From Planctomycetota bacterium (GTDB taxonomy: Bacteria; Planctomycetota; UBA1135; UBA2386), in the NCBI GenBank assembly GCA_046290465.1, contig JBKAGP010000001.1, positions 5,792,001 to 5,856,000 on the forward strand: DNA of 64,000 bases, given 5' to 3'. The notes beneath the pieces were generated by a model. That model had not been told where the DNA came from. It did no database searches and saw nothing but the letters and a program-made list of their open reading frames with translations. The position numbers and the translations under genes were made by a program. Shown here piece after piece: positions 16,983 through 27,077 of the stretch; position 1 is the stretch's first letter, and each line of letters begins with the position of its first letter.

Positions 16983-18236
16983 ATGCTGCAACGACGGTTC
17001 GTCCACGCGGTCGTGGTGCTCGCCACGCTCACCCTCTGCTGCTTCCCGCTGACCGCGCAGAAGAAGCGGCCGCAGCCGGCCGGAGGTGGTCGCCGGATCA
17101 CCGAGTTCCCGGTGCCCGACGCGGCACCCGTCGACGTCGCGACCGCGACGAAGCTCGCGATGCAGGGGCTGATCGGGCTCGAGGAGGAGGGCGGCCAGTG
17201 GCCCTACGAGGGCGTCTACCGCGAGGATCGCGGCCAGCTGCCGCAGGGCTACCGCGTCGGCGGCACGTCGATCGCGATCCTCGGCATGGTCTGCGCGCCC
17301 GGCTACCGCGACGACGAGGCGCGCGTCGCGGCCGTCGACCGGGCGCTGCGCTTCGTGCTGAAGACGCTCGAGGTCGACCGCATGCAGAAGGGCTTCCAGG
17401 GCGGCTACGACGTGCGCGGCTGGGGCCACATCTACGCGCTGACCTGCCTGCTGCACCTGCAGGACGCCAAGATGGTGCCGAAGGAGCTGGCGGAGCAGGT
17501 CGACAAGAAGGTGCCGTGGCTGGTCGAGACGCTGGTCGAGTCGGCGATCCCGAAGAACGGCGGCTGGAACTACTCGCGCCGCGCTGGCTACATGAGCCCG
17601 CGCAACCGCGCGTCGACGTTCATGACGGCGCCGGCGCTGCAGGCACTGTTCCACGCCAAGAAGCGCGGCCACGCGGTGCCGGACGACGTCGTCGAGCAGG
17701 CGCTCGACGCCCTCGACCGTTCGCGCAGCGTCGGCGGCGGCTACGCCTACGGCTCGTCGTCGCAGAACCGCAACGACATCGAGGAGGAGGACATCCGCAG
17801 CATCATGGACAAGACGCCGTCGGCCGCCGCGCGCGCCGCGGTGTGCGAGACCACGCTGATGCTGGCGGGCCGCGGCAACGCCGAGCGCCACGCCGCCGCG
17901 ATCGACCTGTTCTTCGAGCACTGGGACGACCTCGCGGTGCGCAAGAGCCAGCTCAACACGCACATCCCGCCGTACGGGATCGCGCCGTACTACTTCATGT
18001 TCGGCCACATGTACACGGCGCAGGCGATCGAGCAGCTGGCCGACGCCGACCGGCGCGCCCACTACCGCACCAGGATGCGCGAATACTTGGCGCGCTCGAT
18101 CGAGCAGAACGGCACCTGGAACGACCGCCAGTTCGGCCGTTCGGCCAGCTACGGCACGGCGATGGCGCTGCTGGCGATGCACATGCCGCACCTGCCCAAG
18201 CCGTTCGCGTGGCGGGCGGCGTCCGCGAAGAAGTAG
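16983..18236 (+). CDS. Exported prenyltransferase/squalene-oxidase-repeat (alpha-alpha toroid) protein
   Basis: Signal peptide. Repeats EEGGQW, NGGWNY, GGGYAY, QNGTW, YYFMFGHMY, YGTAMALLA. Confidence 0.75.
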   Translation: MLQRRFVHAVVVLATLTLCCFPLTAQKKRPQPAGGGRRITEFPVPDAAPVDVATATKLAMQGLIGLEEEGGQWPYEGVYREDRGQLPQGYRVGGTSIAILGMVCAPGYRDDEARVAAVDRALRFVLKTLEVDRMQKGFQGGYDVRGWGHIYALTCLLHLQDAKMVPKELAEQVDKKVPWLVETLVESAIPKNGGWNYSRRAGYMSPRNRASTFMTAPALQALFHAKKRGHAVPDDVVEQALDALDRSRSVGGGYAYGSSSQNRNDIEEEDIRSIMDKTPSAAARAAVCETTLMLAGRGNAERHAAAIDLFFEHWDDLAVRKSQLNTHIPPYGIAPYYFMFGHMYTAQAIEQLADADRRAHYRTRMREYLARSIEQNGTWNDRQFGRSASYGTAMALLAMHMPHLPKPFAWRAASAKK

Positions 18237-18267
18237 CGGCAGCCGGGGGGCCGCGGCGCCGCGCGGG

Positions 18268-19005
18268 CTACGGCTCGCGGTGCACGAAGTACGGGTTGGC
18301 CTGGTCGGTCGGCATCACCAGGATGTTGTCGAGGTTGACGTGCGCCGGTCGGTTGGCCGCGAACAGCACGCACTCGGCGACGTCGTCGGCGACCAGCGGC
18401 CGGGTGCCTTCGTAGACCTTCGCCGCCTTGTGCTCGTCGCCGCGGAAGCGCACGACCGAGAACTCGGTGTCGACCATGCCCGGATCGACGCTGGTGACGC
18501 GCACGTTCTTGCCGAGCGTCTCCATCCGGATCGCCTCGCAGATCGGCTGCAGCGCGCGCTTGCTGCCGCAGTAGACGCCGCCGCCGACGTAGGCCTTGTG
18601 GCCGGCGATCGAGCCGATCACGACCACGTGGCCGCCGCCGCTGGCGATCATCTGCGGCAGCACCCGGCGCGTGACCTCGAGCAGGCCGAGCACGTTGGTC
18701 TCGATCATCTCGCGCCAGGCCTCGCCGGTGCCTTCGGCGATCTGCTCGGTGCCGCGCGCCAGGCCGGCGTTGTTGACGAGCACGTCGATCGGGCCGTGCG
18801 CGGCGATCGCCGCGTCGACGAACGTCTGCACGCTGGCCGCGTCGGTGACGTCGAGTTGGTGGCAGAACGCGCCGTCGACGACCGCGGGCAGGCGATCGGT
18901 GCGGCGGGCGCCGAGGGACAAGCGGTCACCCTGGGCGGCGAACGCCCGGGCGCAGGCGGCACCGATGCCCGAGCTGGCACCGGTCACGACGACGTGTCGA
19001 CTCAT
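18268..19005 (-). CDS. Short-chain dehydrogenase/reductase (YdfG-like)
   Basis: TGASSGIG, NNAG, YCGSK, DPGMVDTEFS, PAHVN. Confidence 0.93.
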   Translation of the reverse strand: MSRHVVVTGASSGIGAACARAFAAQGDRLSLGARRTDRLPAVVDGAFCHQLDVTDAASVQTFVDAAIAAHGPIDVLVNNAGLARGTEQIAEGTGEAWREMIETNVLGLLEVTRRVLPQMIASGGGHVVVIGSIAGHKAYVGGGVYCGSKRALQPICEAIRMETLGKNVRVTSVDPGMVDTEFSVVRFRGDEHKAAKVYEGTRPLVADDVAECVLFAANRPAHVNLDNILVMPTDQANPYFVHREP

Positions 19006-19077
19006 GTCGTGAGACGGTAGCGCGATGTGGCGGTGAGGCGAGTTCCTTCAAGCCCCCGGCGCGGAACCGACGATGCC

Positions 19078-20040
19078 ATGGGCATGAGCTACCGCCTGAG
19101 CTACGACATCACCGACCCGCTGACGGGCAGCAAGCACCCGCTGGTGTTGTCCGGCGGAATGTGGCACGGCGACGCGATGCTCTACGAGTTCATGCTGCGC
19201 GACCACGGCCTGTCCGGCCGCATCGAGTGCGACTGGCGCAGCTCCGGGCCGCGCTACACGCTCGACCAGGGCGAGGTGACGGACGACGCGCAGCGCCGCG
19301 CGCTGGAGGCGGTGACGAACGCGCTGGCGCCGTTCTTCACCGGCACGTTCGTGGGCATGACCGACGAACAGCTGGCCGGGCTCTACCCCGGCGACTACCA
19401 CCAGGGCTCGGGCTACTGCGACGAGCAGAGCGAGGTCGAGAAGGAGCTGAAGGGCGCGATCGCCGAGATGGTCGTGCGCGCGCTGCTGCCGGAAAAGGTC
19501 CTCGACGCCGGCTGCGCCGGTGGCCTGCTGGTGCGCGAACTGCGCCAGCGCGGCGCCGACGCCTACGGCTTCGACCACTGCCCGGACCTGGCCGAGATCG
19601 CGGTGCCGGATGCGCGCCCGTTCGTGCGTCAGGGCTCCATCACCGACATCCCGTTCGGTCCCGAGCACGGCTTCGACACGCTGGTCTGCATCGACGTGTT
19701 CGAGCACGTGCCGGAGGACCGCGTGCCGCGCATGGTCGCCGAGTTCGACCGCCTCGGCGTGCAGAACCTCGCGGTGCACATCTCGCACACCGAGATCGAG
19801 CACTTCGGCCACATCACGCTGCGGCCGCTGTCGTGGTGGGACCAGCAGCTCGGCCCGAAGTTCCGTCGCGCCCAGGTCGCCGGCGACCAGCTGCTGGCGA
19901 TCCCGCGGCCGTGGGACCCCAAGCGCGTGCTGCGCATCTACCGCAAGGTCGAGGCGCCGATCGAGATCACGCCGGCGCGTCCGACGTCAGCAGCAGCACG
20001 ATCTGGCGCAGCTGCTCCAGCAGCGTCAGCACCGCGATGA
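19078..20040 (+). CDS. Class I SAM-dependent methyltransferase with unknown N-terminal domain
   Basis: VLDAGCAGG, YGFD, GSITDIP, FDTLVCIDVFEH, HITLRPLSWW. Confidence 0.82.
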   Translation: MGMSYRLSYDITDPLTGSKHPLVLSGGMWHGDAMLYEFMLRDHGLSGRIECDWRSSGPRYTLDQGEVTDDAQRRALEAVTNALAPFFTGTFVGMTDEQLAGLYPGDYHQGSGYCDEQSEVEKELKGAIAEMVVRALLPEKVLDAGCAGGLLVRELRQRGADAYGFDHCPDLAEIAVPDARPFVRQGSITDIPFGPEHGFDTLVCIDVFEHVPEDRVPRMVAEFDRLGVQNLAVHISHTEIEHFGHITLRPLSWWDQQLGPKFRRAQVAGDQLLAIPRPWDPKRVLRIYRKVEAPIEITPARPTSAAARSGAAAPAASAPR

Positions 20041-20731
20041 CCAGCACGACGCGGCGCACCGCGTTGGCGCCCTGCTTGACGCTCCACTTGCTGGCGAGGT
20101 AGCTGCCGGCGGCGCAGCCGACCGCCAGCGAGATCGCCGGCGTCCACGTGATCGCGCCCGCGATCGTCAGGCTGGTGGCACTGGTGATCGCGGTGACGAT
20201 GACGACGATCGACTTGGCCGCGTTGACCGACAGCAGGTCGCGGTCGTAGGCCTTCGACAGCACCAACGCGGCGACCAGGCCGGTGCCGACCTGCACGTAG
20301 CCCATGTGCAGGCCGATGAAGAAGCAGCCGAGCGCGCGCTGCCAGAACGGGCTCGGCGTCGTGCTCGCGCGGATCGGCCGCAGCTGCTGGCGGAGCAGCA
20401 GCAGCATCACGACGACCAGATAGCTGCGGAAAACCAGCGGCGGCAGCCCGAGCGCCAGCTGGGCGCCGAGCAGCGCGCCGGGCAGCGCCAGCAGCGCCTG
20501 CGAGAACGCCTGCTTGGGGATCTTGCGGCCCGCGAACACGAAGCCGAGGCACGCGAACGTGCCGACCGCGACGGCGGCGATGCGCGTCGACGGGTTGGCG
20601 GTCTCGAGCGGCAGGTCGAACAGGTATTCGAACGCCATCAACCCGAGCACGCCGGCGCCGCCCGCGATGTTGTTGATCGCGCCCATCGCGACGCCCGCGA
20701 CGACGGTCAGCGCGATCGGCAGCAGGTCCAC
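19967..20731 (-). CDS. TauE/SafE (TSUP) family membrane transporter
   Basis: GAINNIAGGAG, ANPST, GLHMGYVQVGTG, NAAK, multiple TM segments. Directly downstream of mdh. Confidence 0.85.
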   Translation of the reverse strand: MDLLPIALTVVAGVAMGAINNIAGGAGVLGLMAFEYLFDLPLETANPSTRIAAVAVGTFACLGFVFAGRKIPKQAFSQALLALPGALLGAQLALGLPPLVFRSYLVVVMLLLLRQQLRPIRASTTPSPFWQRALGCFFIGLHMGYVQVGTGLVAALVLSKAYDRDLLSVNAAKSIVVIVTAITSATSLTIAGAITWTPAISLAVGCAAGSYLASKWSVKQGANAVRRVVLVIAVLTLLEQLRQIVLLLTSDAPA

Positions 20732-20733
20732 GT

Positions 20734-21723
20734 CTAGTTGCCCAGCAGGTCCTGGACCATCTCGCGCTCACCGACCAGTTCGTTCCAGGTCGCCTGCGCC
20801 TTCTCCTTGGAGAAGTCGTTCATCTCGAGTCCCTGCACGATCTTCCAGTTGCCGTTGCCGTCCGTGGTGCACGGGAACGACGAGATGATGCCCTCGGGCG
20901 TGCCGTAGCTGCCGTCGCTGACGACGCAGATCGACGCCCAGTCGTCCTCGGAGGTGACCGAGTAGAGGCTCTTGGCGTGGTCGCAGGCGGCCTGCGCAGC
21001 CGACATCGCCGACGACTTGCCGCGCGCGTTGATGATCGCCTTGCCGCGCTCCTGCACGGTCGGGATGAACTCGCCCTTCAGCCAGGCGTCGTCGCCGATG
21101 GCCTGCGCCGCCGGCACGCCGTCGATGGTGGCGTGGTGCCAGTCCGGGTACTGGGTGTTGGAGTGGTTGCCCCAGATCGTGACGTTCTTGACCGACGACC
21201 AGTGCTTGCCGGCCTTCAGCGCCAGCTGCGCCTTGGCGCGGCTCTGGTCGAGGCGGGTCATCGCCGAGAAGCGATCCTGCGGCACGCCCTTGGCGTTGTG
21301 CATCGCGATCAGGCAGTTGGTGTTGCACGGGTTGCCGACGACCACCACGCGCACGTCCGGGCCGGCGGCCTCGGCGATCGCCTGGCCCTGGCCGATGAAG
21401 ATCTTGCCGTTGTCCTGCAGCAGGTCCTTGCGCTCCATGCCCGGCCCGCGCGGCTTGCTGCCGACCAACAGGCAGGTGTCGGCGTCCCGGAACGCGACCT
21501 TCGGGTCGTCCGAGCAGGTGACGTCGGCGAGCAGCGGGAACGCGCAGTCGTGCAGCTCCATCTTGACGCCTTCGAGCGCACCGAGCGCCGGCGTGATCTC
21601 GAGGAGCTGCAGGGCGACCTTCTGGTCGGGGCCGAAGATGCCGCCGCTGGCGATCATCGGCAGCAGGGAGTATCCGATCTGTCCGGCGGCTCCGGTCACC
21701 GCCACGCGCTTCACATTGCTCAT
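20734..21723 (-). CDS. mdh: Malate dehydrogenase
   Basis: [48 protein letters not shown]. Confidence 0.96.
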   Translation of the reverse strand: MSNVKRVAVTGAAGQIGYSLLPMIASGGIFGPDQKVALQLLEITPALGALEGVKMELHDCAFPLLADVTCSDDPKVAFRDADTCLLVGSKPRGPGMERKDLLQDNGKIFIGQGQAIAEAAGPDVRVVVVGNPCNTNCLIAMHNAKGVPQDRFSAMTRLDQSRAKAQLALKAGKHWSSVKNVTIWGNHSNTQYPDWHHATIDGVPAAQAIGDDAWLKGEFIPTVQERGKAIINARGKSSAMSAAQAACDHAKSLYSVTSEDDWASICVVSDGSYGTPEGIISSFPCTTDGNGNWKIVQGLEMNDFSKEKAQATWNELVGEREMVQDLLGN

Positions 21724-21772
21724 GGACCCATCGCAAACGGCGGGGGCCGCGCTTTCAAGCGGGACGTGCGGC

Positions 21773-22072
21773 TCAGGCCTCGTCGGAGCCCATCGCGACC
21801 ACGCGGTTCTCGACCAGCGGCGCCAGTTCCTCGTCCAGCACGCGCCGGTACTCCGGATGGCGCAGGAAGATCTCGCAGGCCTCCTTGCTCTCGAACCCCG
21901 AGAACAGCGCCAGGTTGTAGCCCTGGCTCTCGGTCGCGACGTTGTGGGTGACCGTCAGGTGGTCGACCCCGGGCATCGTCTCGATCAGCGCCTGCAGCGC
22001 CTCGCGGGCCGAGCGGACCTTGTCCAGCGAGATGCCGGGCTTCAGCGCGAACAGGATGGTGCAGTGGAACAT
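21773..22072 (-). CDS. Dabb (stress-responsive A/B barrel) family protein
   Basis: [12 protein letters not shown]...L..TMPGV...[11 protein letters not shown]...FLRHPEY. Confidence 0.8.
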   Translation of the reverse strand: MFHCTILFALKPGISLDKVRSAREALQALIETMPGVDHLTVTHNVATESQGYNLALFSGFESKEACEIFLRHPEYRRVLDEELAPLVENRVVAMGSDEA

Positions 22073-22225
22073 CGTCGGTCCGGGATCGTCGGGGCGCACC
22101 CGTTCGCACGCAAGCCCGCGGTGGCGCGGCCGGTACGTGAAGACGGGCCGCGACGCGCAGAGCGTCATGGCCCGTGTGTCATGGCCCGGTGTGTCGTGGC
22201 CCGTTCTGGTGCGCGGCCGTGGCGT

Positions 22226-22657
22226 TCAGGCGCCCTTGGCCACGCGCAGCGGTCGTCGCTGGTGCTCTTCTTCGCCACATGGGTGGCCGAAGCAGACGGC
22301 GTCTTCGCCTTCCTGCCAGCAGAAGACGACGTCCTGGCTCTGGTCGCCGGCGATGCGATTCGTCGGCAGGCTGCGGCCCGGGATGTGGACCGTCAGCGGG
22401 TTGGTTCGCAGCACGGTCAGCCCGAGATCCTCGAGCTCGTGCCGGCAGTTGTAGAGAGCCTCGTCGTGCTCCCAGATCCGCGCGTCGAGCTCGGCGAGCT
22501 CACTGCGCAGTCCCTCGGGGGTCTCCGCCGATTCGAGAAGTTCCCGTCGGCGCGCCAGGCCGCGGCGCTCGTTGCGCCGCTCGAGCATCTCGGCGGCGAT
22601 CACTCGCACCAGCTTCAGGACCTCGTTGGCTTCCTTCAGGGTGTAGCGGACGTTCAT
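22226..22657 (-). CDS. DUF2203-like protein
   Basis: RYTLKEANEVL, a coiled-coil, then VVFCWQEGE...GH...RRPL. RBS-like GGAGG upstream. Confidence 0.78.
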   Translation of the reverse strand: MNVRYTLKEANEVLKLVRVIAAEMLERRNERRGLARRRELLESAETPEGLRSELAELDARIWEHDEALYNCRHELEDLGLTVLRTNPLTVHIPGRSLPTNRIAGDQSQDVVFCWQEGEDAVCFGHPCGEEEHQRRPLRVAKGA

Positions 22658-22811
22658 TTGGGGCCTCCTTTCGGTGGGCAGTTCTCGGAGCCCAGTGCTA
22701 CGAGACAGTCGTAAGAACGTGCGTTCGACGGTCTTCGTTGCAGTCAACTCCTGCTGATCTGTAGTGTGACGGCCCGCATCGGTTACCAAGCCGAGCGCGA
22801 ACGAAAGTCTC

Positions 22812-24530
22812 ATGACGGAACGCGATGTAATGGATTTCGATGTCGTGATCGTCGGCGGGGGACCCGCCGGCCTGAGCACGGCCATCCACCTGTCCAATTT
22901 GATCGAGCGGCACAACGCCGAGGTCGACAGCTCGGGGGAGGGCGAGAAGCTCGAACCCGAGATCTGTCTGATCGACAAGGCCGCTGAGATCGGGGCGCAC
23001 TCGCTGTCCGGCGCCGTCATGGATCCCAAGGCGCTCGACCAGCTGATGCCCGACTGGCGCACGATGGAGCCGAAGGCGCCGGTCGAGGCCGAGGTGCACG
23101 ACGACTACGTGCTGTGGCTGTCCGAGAAGGGCGGCAGCAAGCTGCCGATCACACCGCCGCCGCTGAAGAACCACGGCAACTACGTGGTCTCGCTCAACAA
23201 GCTGGTGCAGTGGCTCGGCGGCATCGCCGAGGAGAAGGGCATCCAGGTGTTCCCGGGCTTCCCTGCCGCGAAGCTGCAGCGCGACGGCAAGGTCGTGCAG
23301 GGTGTGCAGCTCGCCGACACCGGCGTCGACAAGAACGGCGAGCACAAGGGCAGCTACGAGGCCGGCGGCATCCTCGCCGCCAAGATGACGGTGCTGACCG
23401 AGGGCACGCGCGGCTCGCTGACCAAGCAGCTGGTCGAGGATCTCGACTTGCACGGCAAGAACCCGCAGGTCTACGGCATCGGCGTCAAGGAGGTCTGGGA
23501 GGTCCCGGCCGGCCAGTGCGCGCCGGGTCTGGTCGTGCACACGATGGGCTACCCGCTCGATTCCAAGACGTTCGGCGGCGGCTGGATCTACGGCATGGGC
23601 GAGACGAGCGAGGGCAGGAACCTCGTCTCCGTCGGCATCGTCGTCGGCCTCGACGCGCGCGATCCGACGCTTGACGGCCACCGCAAGCTGCAGGAGATGA
23701 AGCTCAACCCGAAGGTCGCGGCGTTCCTGAAGGGCGGCAAGATGCTGCACTACGGGGCCAAGTCGCTGCCCGAGGGCGGCCTCTACTCGATGCCGAAGAA
23801 CTACGGCGACGGCTTCCTGATCGCCGGCGACAGCGCCGGCTTCATGAACAGCATGCGCCTCAAGGGCATCCACCTGGCGATGCGCAGCGGCATGCTCGCC
23901 GCCGAGACGACGTTCGAGGCGCTGAAGAAGGGCGACTTCTCGGAGGCGACCACCAAGGGCTACGCCGACGCCATCAAGAACGACTGGGCGCACGACGAGC
24001 TGTGGAAGTGCCGCAACTTCCACCAGGGCTTCCACAAAGGGCGCCTGTCGGGCCTGATCAACGCCGGCTTCGCGCAGCTGTTCGGTGGCAAGGGCGCGTG
24101 GTTCTCGGATGAGCTGAAGAGCAACGCCGGCCACACCTACATGCAGAAGGTCTCGGACTACTTCGGCGGCAAGGGCAAGCCCGAGCAGAAGAAGCTGCCC
24201 GAGGACGGCACGCTGACCTTCGACAAGCTGACCTCGGTCTACAGCTCGGGCACGATGCACGAGGAGGACCAGCCGTGCCACCTGGTGGTCAGCGAGCCCG
24301 ACCTGTGCTCGACGCGGTGCGTCGAGGAGTTCGGCAACCCGTGCCAGCACTTCTGTCCGGCGGCGGTCTACGAGATGGAGGAGAAGGCCGGCACCAGCCA
24401 CGGCATCGACCTCAAGATCAACGCGTCGAACTGCGTGCACTGCAAGACGTGCGATATCCTCGACCCCTACCAGGTGATCAACTGGGTCACGCCGGAAGGC
24501 GGGGGTGGCCCGAACTACACCAACCTGTAG
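22812..24530 (+). CDS. Electron transfer flavoprotein-ubiquinone oxidoreductase (ETF-QO)
   Basis: DVVIVGGGPAGL, GAHSLSGAV, YGAKSLPEGG, KGIHLAMRSG, HEEDQPCHL, FCPAAVYE, NCVHCKTCDI, PEGGGGPNY. Confidence 0.96.
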   Translation: MTERDVMDFDVVIVGGGPAGLSTAIHLSNLIERHNAEVDSSGEGEKLEPEICLIDKAAEIGAHSLSGAVMDPKALDQLMPDWRTMEPKAPVEAEVHDDYVLWLSEKGGSKLPITPPPLKNHGNYVVSLNKLVQWLGGIAEEKGIQVFPGFPAAKLQRDGKVVQGVQLADTGVDKNGEHKGSYEAGGILAAKMTVLTEGTRGSLTKQLVEDLDLHGKNPQVYGIGVKEVWEVPAGQCAPGLVVHTMGYPLDSKTFGGGWIYGMGETSEGRNLVSVGIVVGLDARDPTLDGHRKLQEMKLNPKVAAFLKGGKMLHYGAKSLPEGGLYSMPKNYGDGFLIAGDSAGFMNSMRLKGIHLAMRSGMLAAETTFEALKKGDFSEATTKGYADAIKNDWAHDELWKCRNFHQGFHKGRLSGLINAGFAQLFGGKGAWFSDELKSNAGHTYMQKVSDYFGGKGKPEQKKLPEDGTLTFDKLTSVYSSGTMHEEDQPCHLVVSEPDLCSTRCVEEFGNPCQHFCPAAVYEMEEKAGTSHGIDLKINASNCVHCKTCDILDPYQVINWVTPEGGGGPNYTNL

Positions 24531-24618
24531 TCCGCTCGCCCGCCGCGCAGGTGGTTGGCGATCGGCCCGGGTGATTCACCTCGCTCGCAGCGCCCGCCCT
24601 CGTTCGACTGCGCAGCGG

Positions 24619-24717
24619 GGGAAAAGAAGGCGACGGTCGGGATCTCCATTCTCAGCTATCGGTTCTCGCCTGGACGCGGTGCTCTCCAACACCGCGCCTG
24701 CTCCGCGACCGTCGCCT
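24619..24717 (-). ncRNA. Candidate structured small RNA or terminator element between convergent genes
   Basis: 12-bp outer stem (24628-24639/24706-24717) encloses an inner hairpin that on the minus strand has a G-U pair and a GGAG loop. It is followed by TCTTTTCC on the minus strand. Confidence 0.35.
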
Positions 24718-24796
24718 GTCCTTCAGAGGCGGAAAGCAGCCGGAAACGAACGTAGGAACTTCGATTTTTTTCGGCTGCCGGCGAGGCCCACCGGGA

Positions 24797-25486
24797 TCAG
24801 CGCTGCCCGGTCGCCTGGGATCGGTGCACCAGCAGCTCCAGCGGCCCGGCGTCCTGGCGCCGGCGCACGATCGCGTGGCCGAGTTCCGCGACCTCGTCGT
24901 CGCCCAGCATCAGCGGTGCTGCGAACGCCGCGACGAACTCCGCGGCCGAAGGCGCCCGCAGCAGGTGCGAGCCCAGCGAGGTCTGCACGTTGCGCAGGTT
25001 GGCATCCCGCAGTGCGTCGACCAGCTCGACGTCCGACGGCCCCGTGATCGGTCCGAGCCGCTCCTCGTCCCAGCCGAGTTCGAGCCACGCCGCGCGCAGG
25101 TCCGGCAGCATGTCGGCAGCGGGCAGGTCGGCGACGAAGCGGCCGCCCGGCCGCAGGTTGTGGCGCAGCAGTTCGCCGTAGCGCTCGGCCGGCAGCACCG
25201 GGCCCGTATGGGGCGCGACCAGCACCGAGTCGAACGTGCCGAACGTCTCGCTGCCGTCGGTGTCGTGCGCCAGCACGCGCAGCTGCGACAGCGCGCGCGC
25301 GGCGAGTTCCTCTGCCTGCTGGCGGTCGTGCAGCGTCACCGTCAGCTCTCCGGCGTTGCCGATCGCGGCGCGCAGCGCGACCACGTCCTGCAGCCGTGGT
25401 TCCAGCGCCAGCACGCGGTTGCCCTTGCGCAGCTCGAGTCGTTCGAGCGCGCTGTCGAACCACGGCGTCGCGAGCTCGGCGTGCAT
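24797..25486 (-). CDS. SAM-methyltransferase-fold protein (degenerate motif I)
   Basis: LERLELRKGNRVLAL, GTFDSVL, LRPGGRFV. Confidence 0.7.
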   Translation of the reverse strand: MHAELATPWFDSALERLELRKGNRVLALEPRLQDVVALRAAIGNAGELTVTLHDRQQAEELAARALSQLRVLAHDTDGSETFGTFDSVLVAPHTGPVLPAERYGELLRHNLRPGGRFVADLPAADMLPDLRAAWLELGWDEERLGPITGPSDVELVDALRDANLRNVQTSLGSHLLRAPSAAEFVAAFAAPLMLGDDEVAELGHAIVRRRQDAGPLELLVHRSQATGQR

Positions 25487-25538
25487 GGGGGCAGCCTACC
25501 CTTTCGCGACGGTTGCTCTAAGGCAACAATCGGCGCGG

Positions 25539-27077
25539 GTGCGCACGGATCCGAGACAGCTACACGAGCGCAAGTTCGACCTCGTCGTCGTCGGCGCCGG
25601 GATCCAGGGTGCGGCGATCGCGCGCGATGCCGCCGTGCGCGGCCTCGACGTGCTGCTGGTCGACGCCCGCGACGTCGCCGCCGGCACCAGCTCGCGCAGC
25701 AGCCGGCTGGTGCACGGCGGCCTGCGCTACCTGCGCCACGGCCACTTCGCGCTGGTCCGCGAGGCGCTGCACGAGCGCGAACGGCTGCTGCGGCTCGCCC
25801 CGCACCTGGTCCGGCCGCTGCCGATGCTGGTGCCGTTCTTCGGCGACAGCTCGGTCGGTCGCTGGCAGCTGCGGCTCGGAACCTGGCTCTACTCGCGGCT
25901 GGCCGGCCGCTCGACGCTGCCGCGGCCGGAGACCAAGACCGCGGCGCAGGCGCTGGCGGCGTTTCCGGGGCTGCGCGAGCGCGGCCTGCGGTCGGGGCTG
26001 TTGTTCTTCGACGCGCGCACCCAGGACGGCCGCCTGACGCTGGCCAACGTGCGCGACGCGGTGCGGGCCGGCGCCGTCTTCTGCAACCGGGTGCGGGCCG
26101 TCGGCTGCGACGATCGAGGCGTGCGCCTTTGCGCCGGTGGGGACGAACTCACGGTGCGCTGTGCCGAGGTCGTCAACGCGACCGGTCCGGCGGTCGACCC
26201 GCTGCGCCGCGCGCTCGGCGTCGATGGCGACGAGCTGGTGCGCACCAGCCGCGGCAGCCACGTCGTGCTGCCGCCGCGGGCCGGCGAACTGTCGCTGTGC
26301 GCGTTCCTGCCCGACCAGCGCATCCAGTTCGTGGTCCCGCACGACGGCGGCACGCTGTGCGGCACCACCGACGTCGACGACCACCTGGTGTGCGACGAGG
26401 GGCCGCCGCCCGCCGTCGACCTCGACTACCTGTGGGAGGCGCTCGGCTACCTGCTCGAGCCGCCGCCGCAGCCCGACGACGTGCGGTTCGCCTACTGCGG
26501 CTGGCGGGCGCTGCCCAACACCGAGGGACCGCCGGGGGCGCTCAATCGCGAGGGGTTCGTCGTCGGCGAGCGCATCGCCTGCGGCCGGCTGCACACCGTC
26601 GTCGGCGGCAAGCTGACGACGCATCGCTCGTTCGCCGAACGCGCGGTCGCGGCGATGTTCGGGCTCGACCCCGTCTCGCCGACGCGCGACCGGACGCTGC
26701 CCGGTGGCGACGGGCCGCGCGAGGTCGACGATCCGCTGTGGTGGCGCCACGGCAGCCTGGTGCGCGAGCTGCGCGCGCAGATCCGGATGCAGCCCGACCT
26801 CGCCGAGCCGCTCTGCCCGCACCGGCCGCTGCTGGCAGCGGAGCTGGTGCACGCGGTCGCCAACGAGGGTGCGGCTACGTTCGCCGACGCGGTCCTGCGC
26901 CGGCTGATCGACGTGCGCGGGCCGTGCGTCGAACCGGCGTGCCTGCAGCGGGCGCTCGAGGTGTTCGCGCGGGCCGGGGGCGTCGTGGATGATGCGGCTG
27001 CCGAGGTCGCTGCCGTGCACGCCGAACTGCTGCAGCTCACCGGCGACCTGGAGTCCTGGCGACGACGACAACCGTGA
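25539..27077 (+). CDS. glpD: FAD-dependent glycerol-3-phosphate dehydrogenase/oxidase
   Basis: FDLVVVGAGIQG, GTSSRSSRLVHGGLRYL, APHLVRPL, VVNATGP, RGSHVV, GTTD, GGKLTTHR. GTG start inferred. Confidence 0.9.
   Translation: MRTDPRQLHERKFDLVVVGAGIQGAAIARDAAVRGLDVLLVDARDVAAGTSSRSSRLVHGGLRYLRHGHFALVREALHERERLLRLAPHLVRPLPMLVPFFGDSSVGRWQLRLGTWLYSRLAGRSTLPRPETKTAAQALAAFPGLRERGLRSGLLFFDARTQDGRLTLANVRDAVRAGAVFCNRVRAVGCDDRGVRLCAGGDELTVRCAEVVNATGPAVDPLRRALGVDGDELVRTSRGSHVVLPPRAGELSLCAFLPDQRIQFVVPHDGGTLCGTTDVDDHLVCDEGPPPAVDLDYLWEALGYLLEPPPQPDDVRFAYCGWRALPNTEGPPGALNREGFVVGERIACGRLHTVVGGKLTTHRSFAERAVAAMFGLDPVSPTRDRTLPGGDGPREVDDPLWWRHGSLVRELRAQIRMQPDLAEPLCPHRPLLAAELVHAVANEGAATFADAVLRRLIDVRGPCVEPACLQRALEVFARAGGVVDDAAAEVAAVHAELLQLTGDLESWRRRQP

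Noticed and set aside
24720..24745. GGAAAGCAGC resembling the SRP RNA loop
   Set aside because: The upstream CAGG..GGAA..AGCAG helix context is absent.
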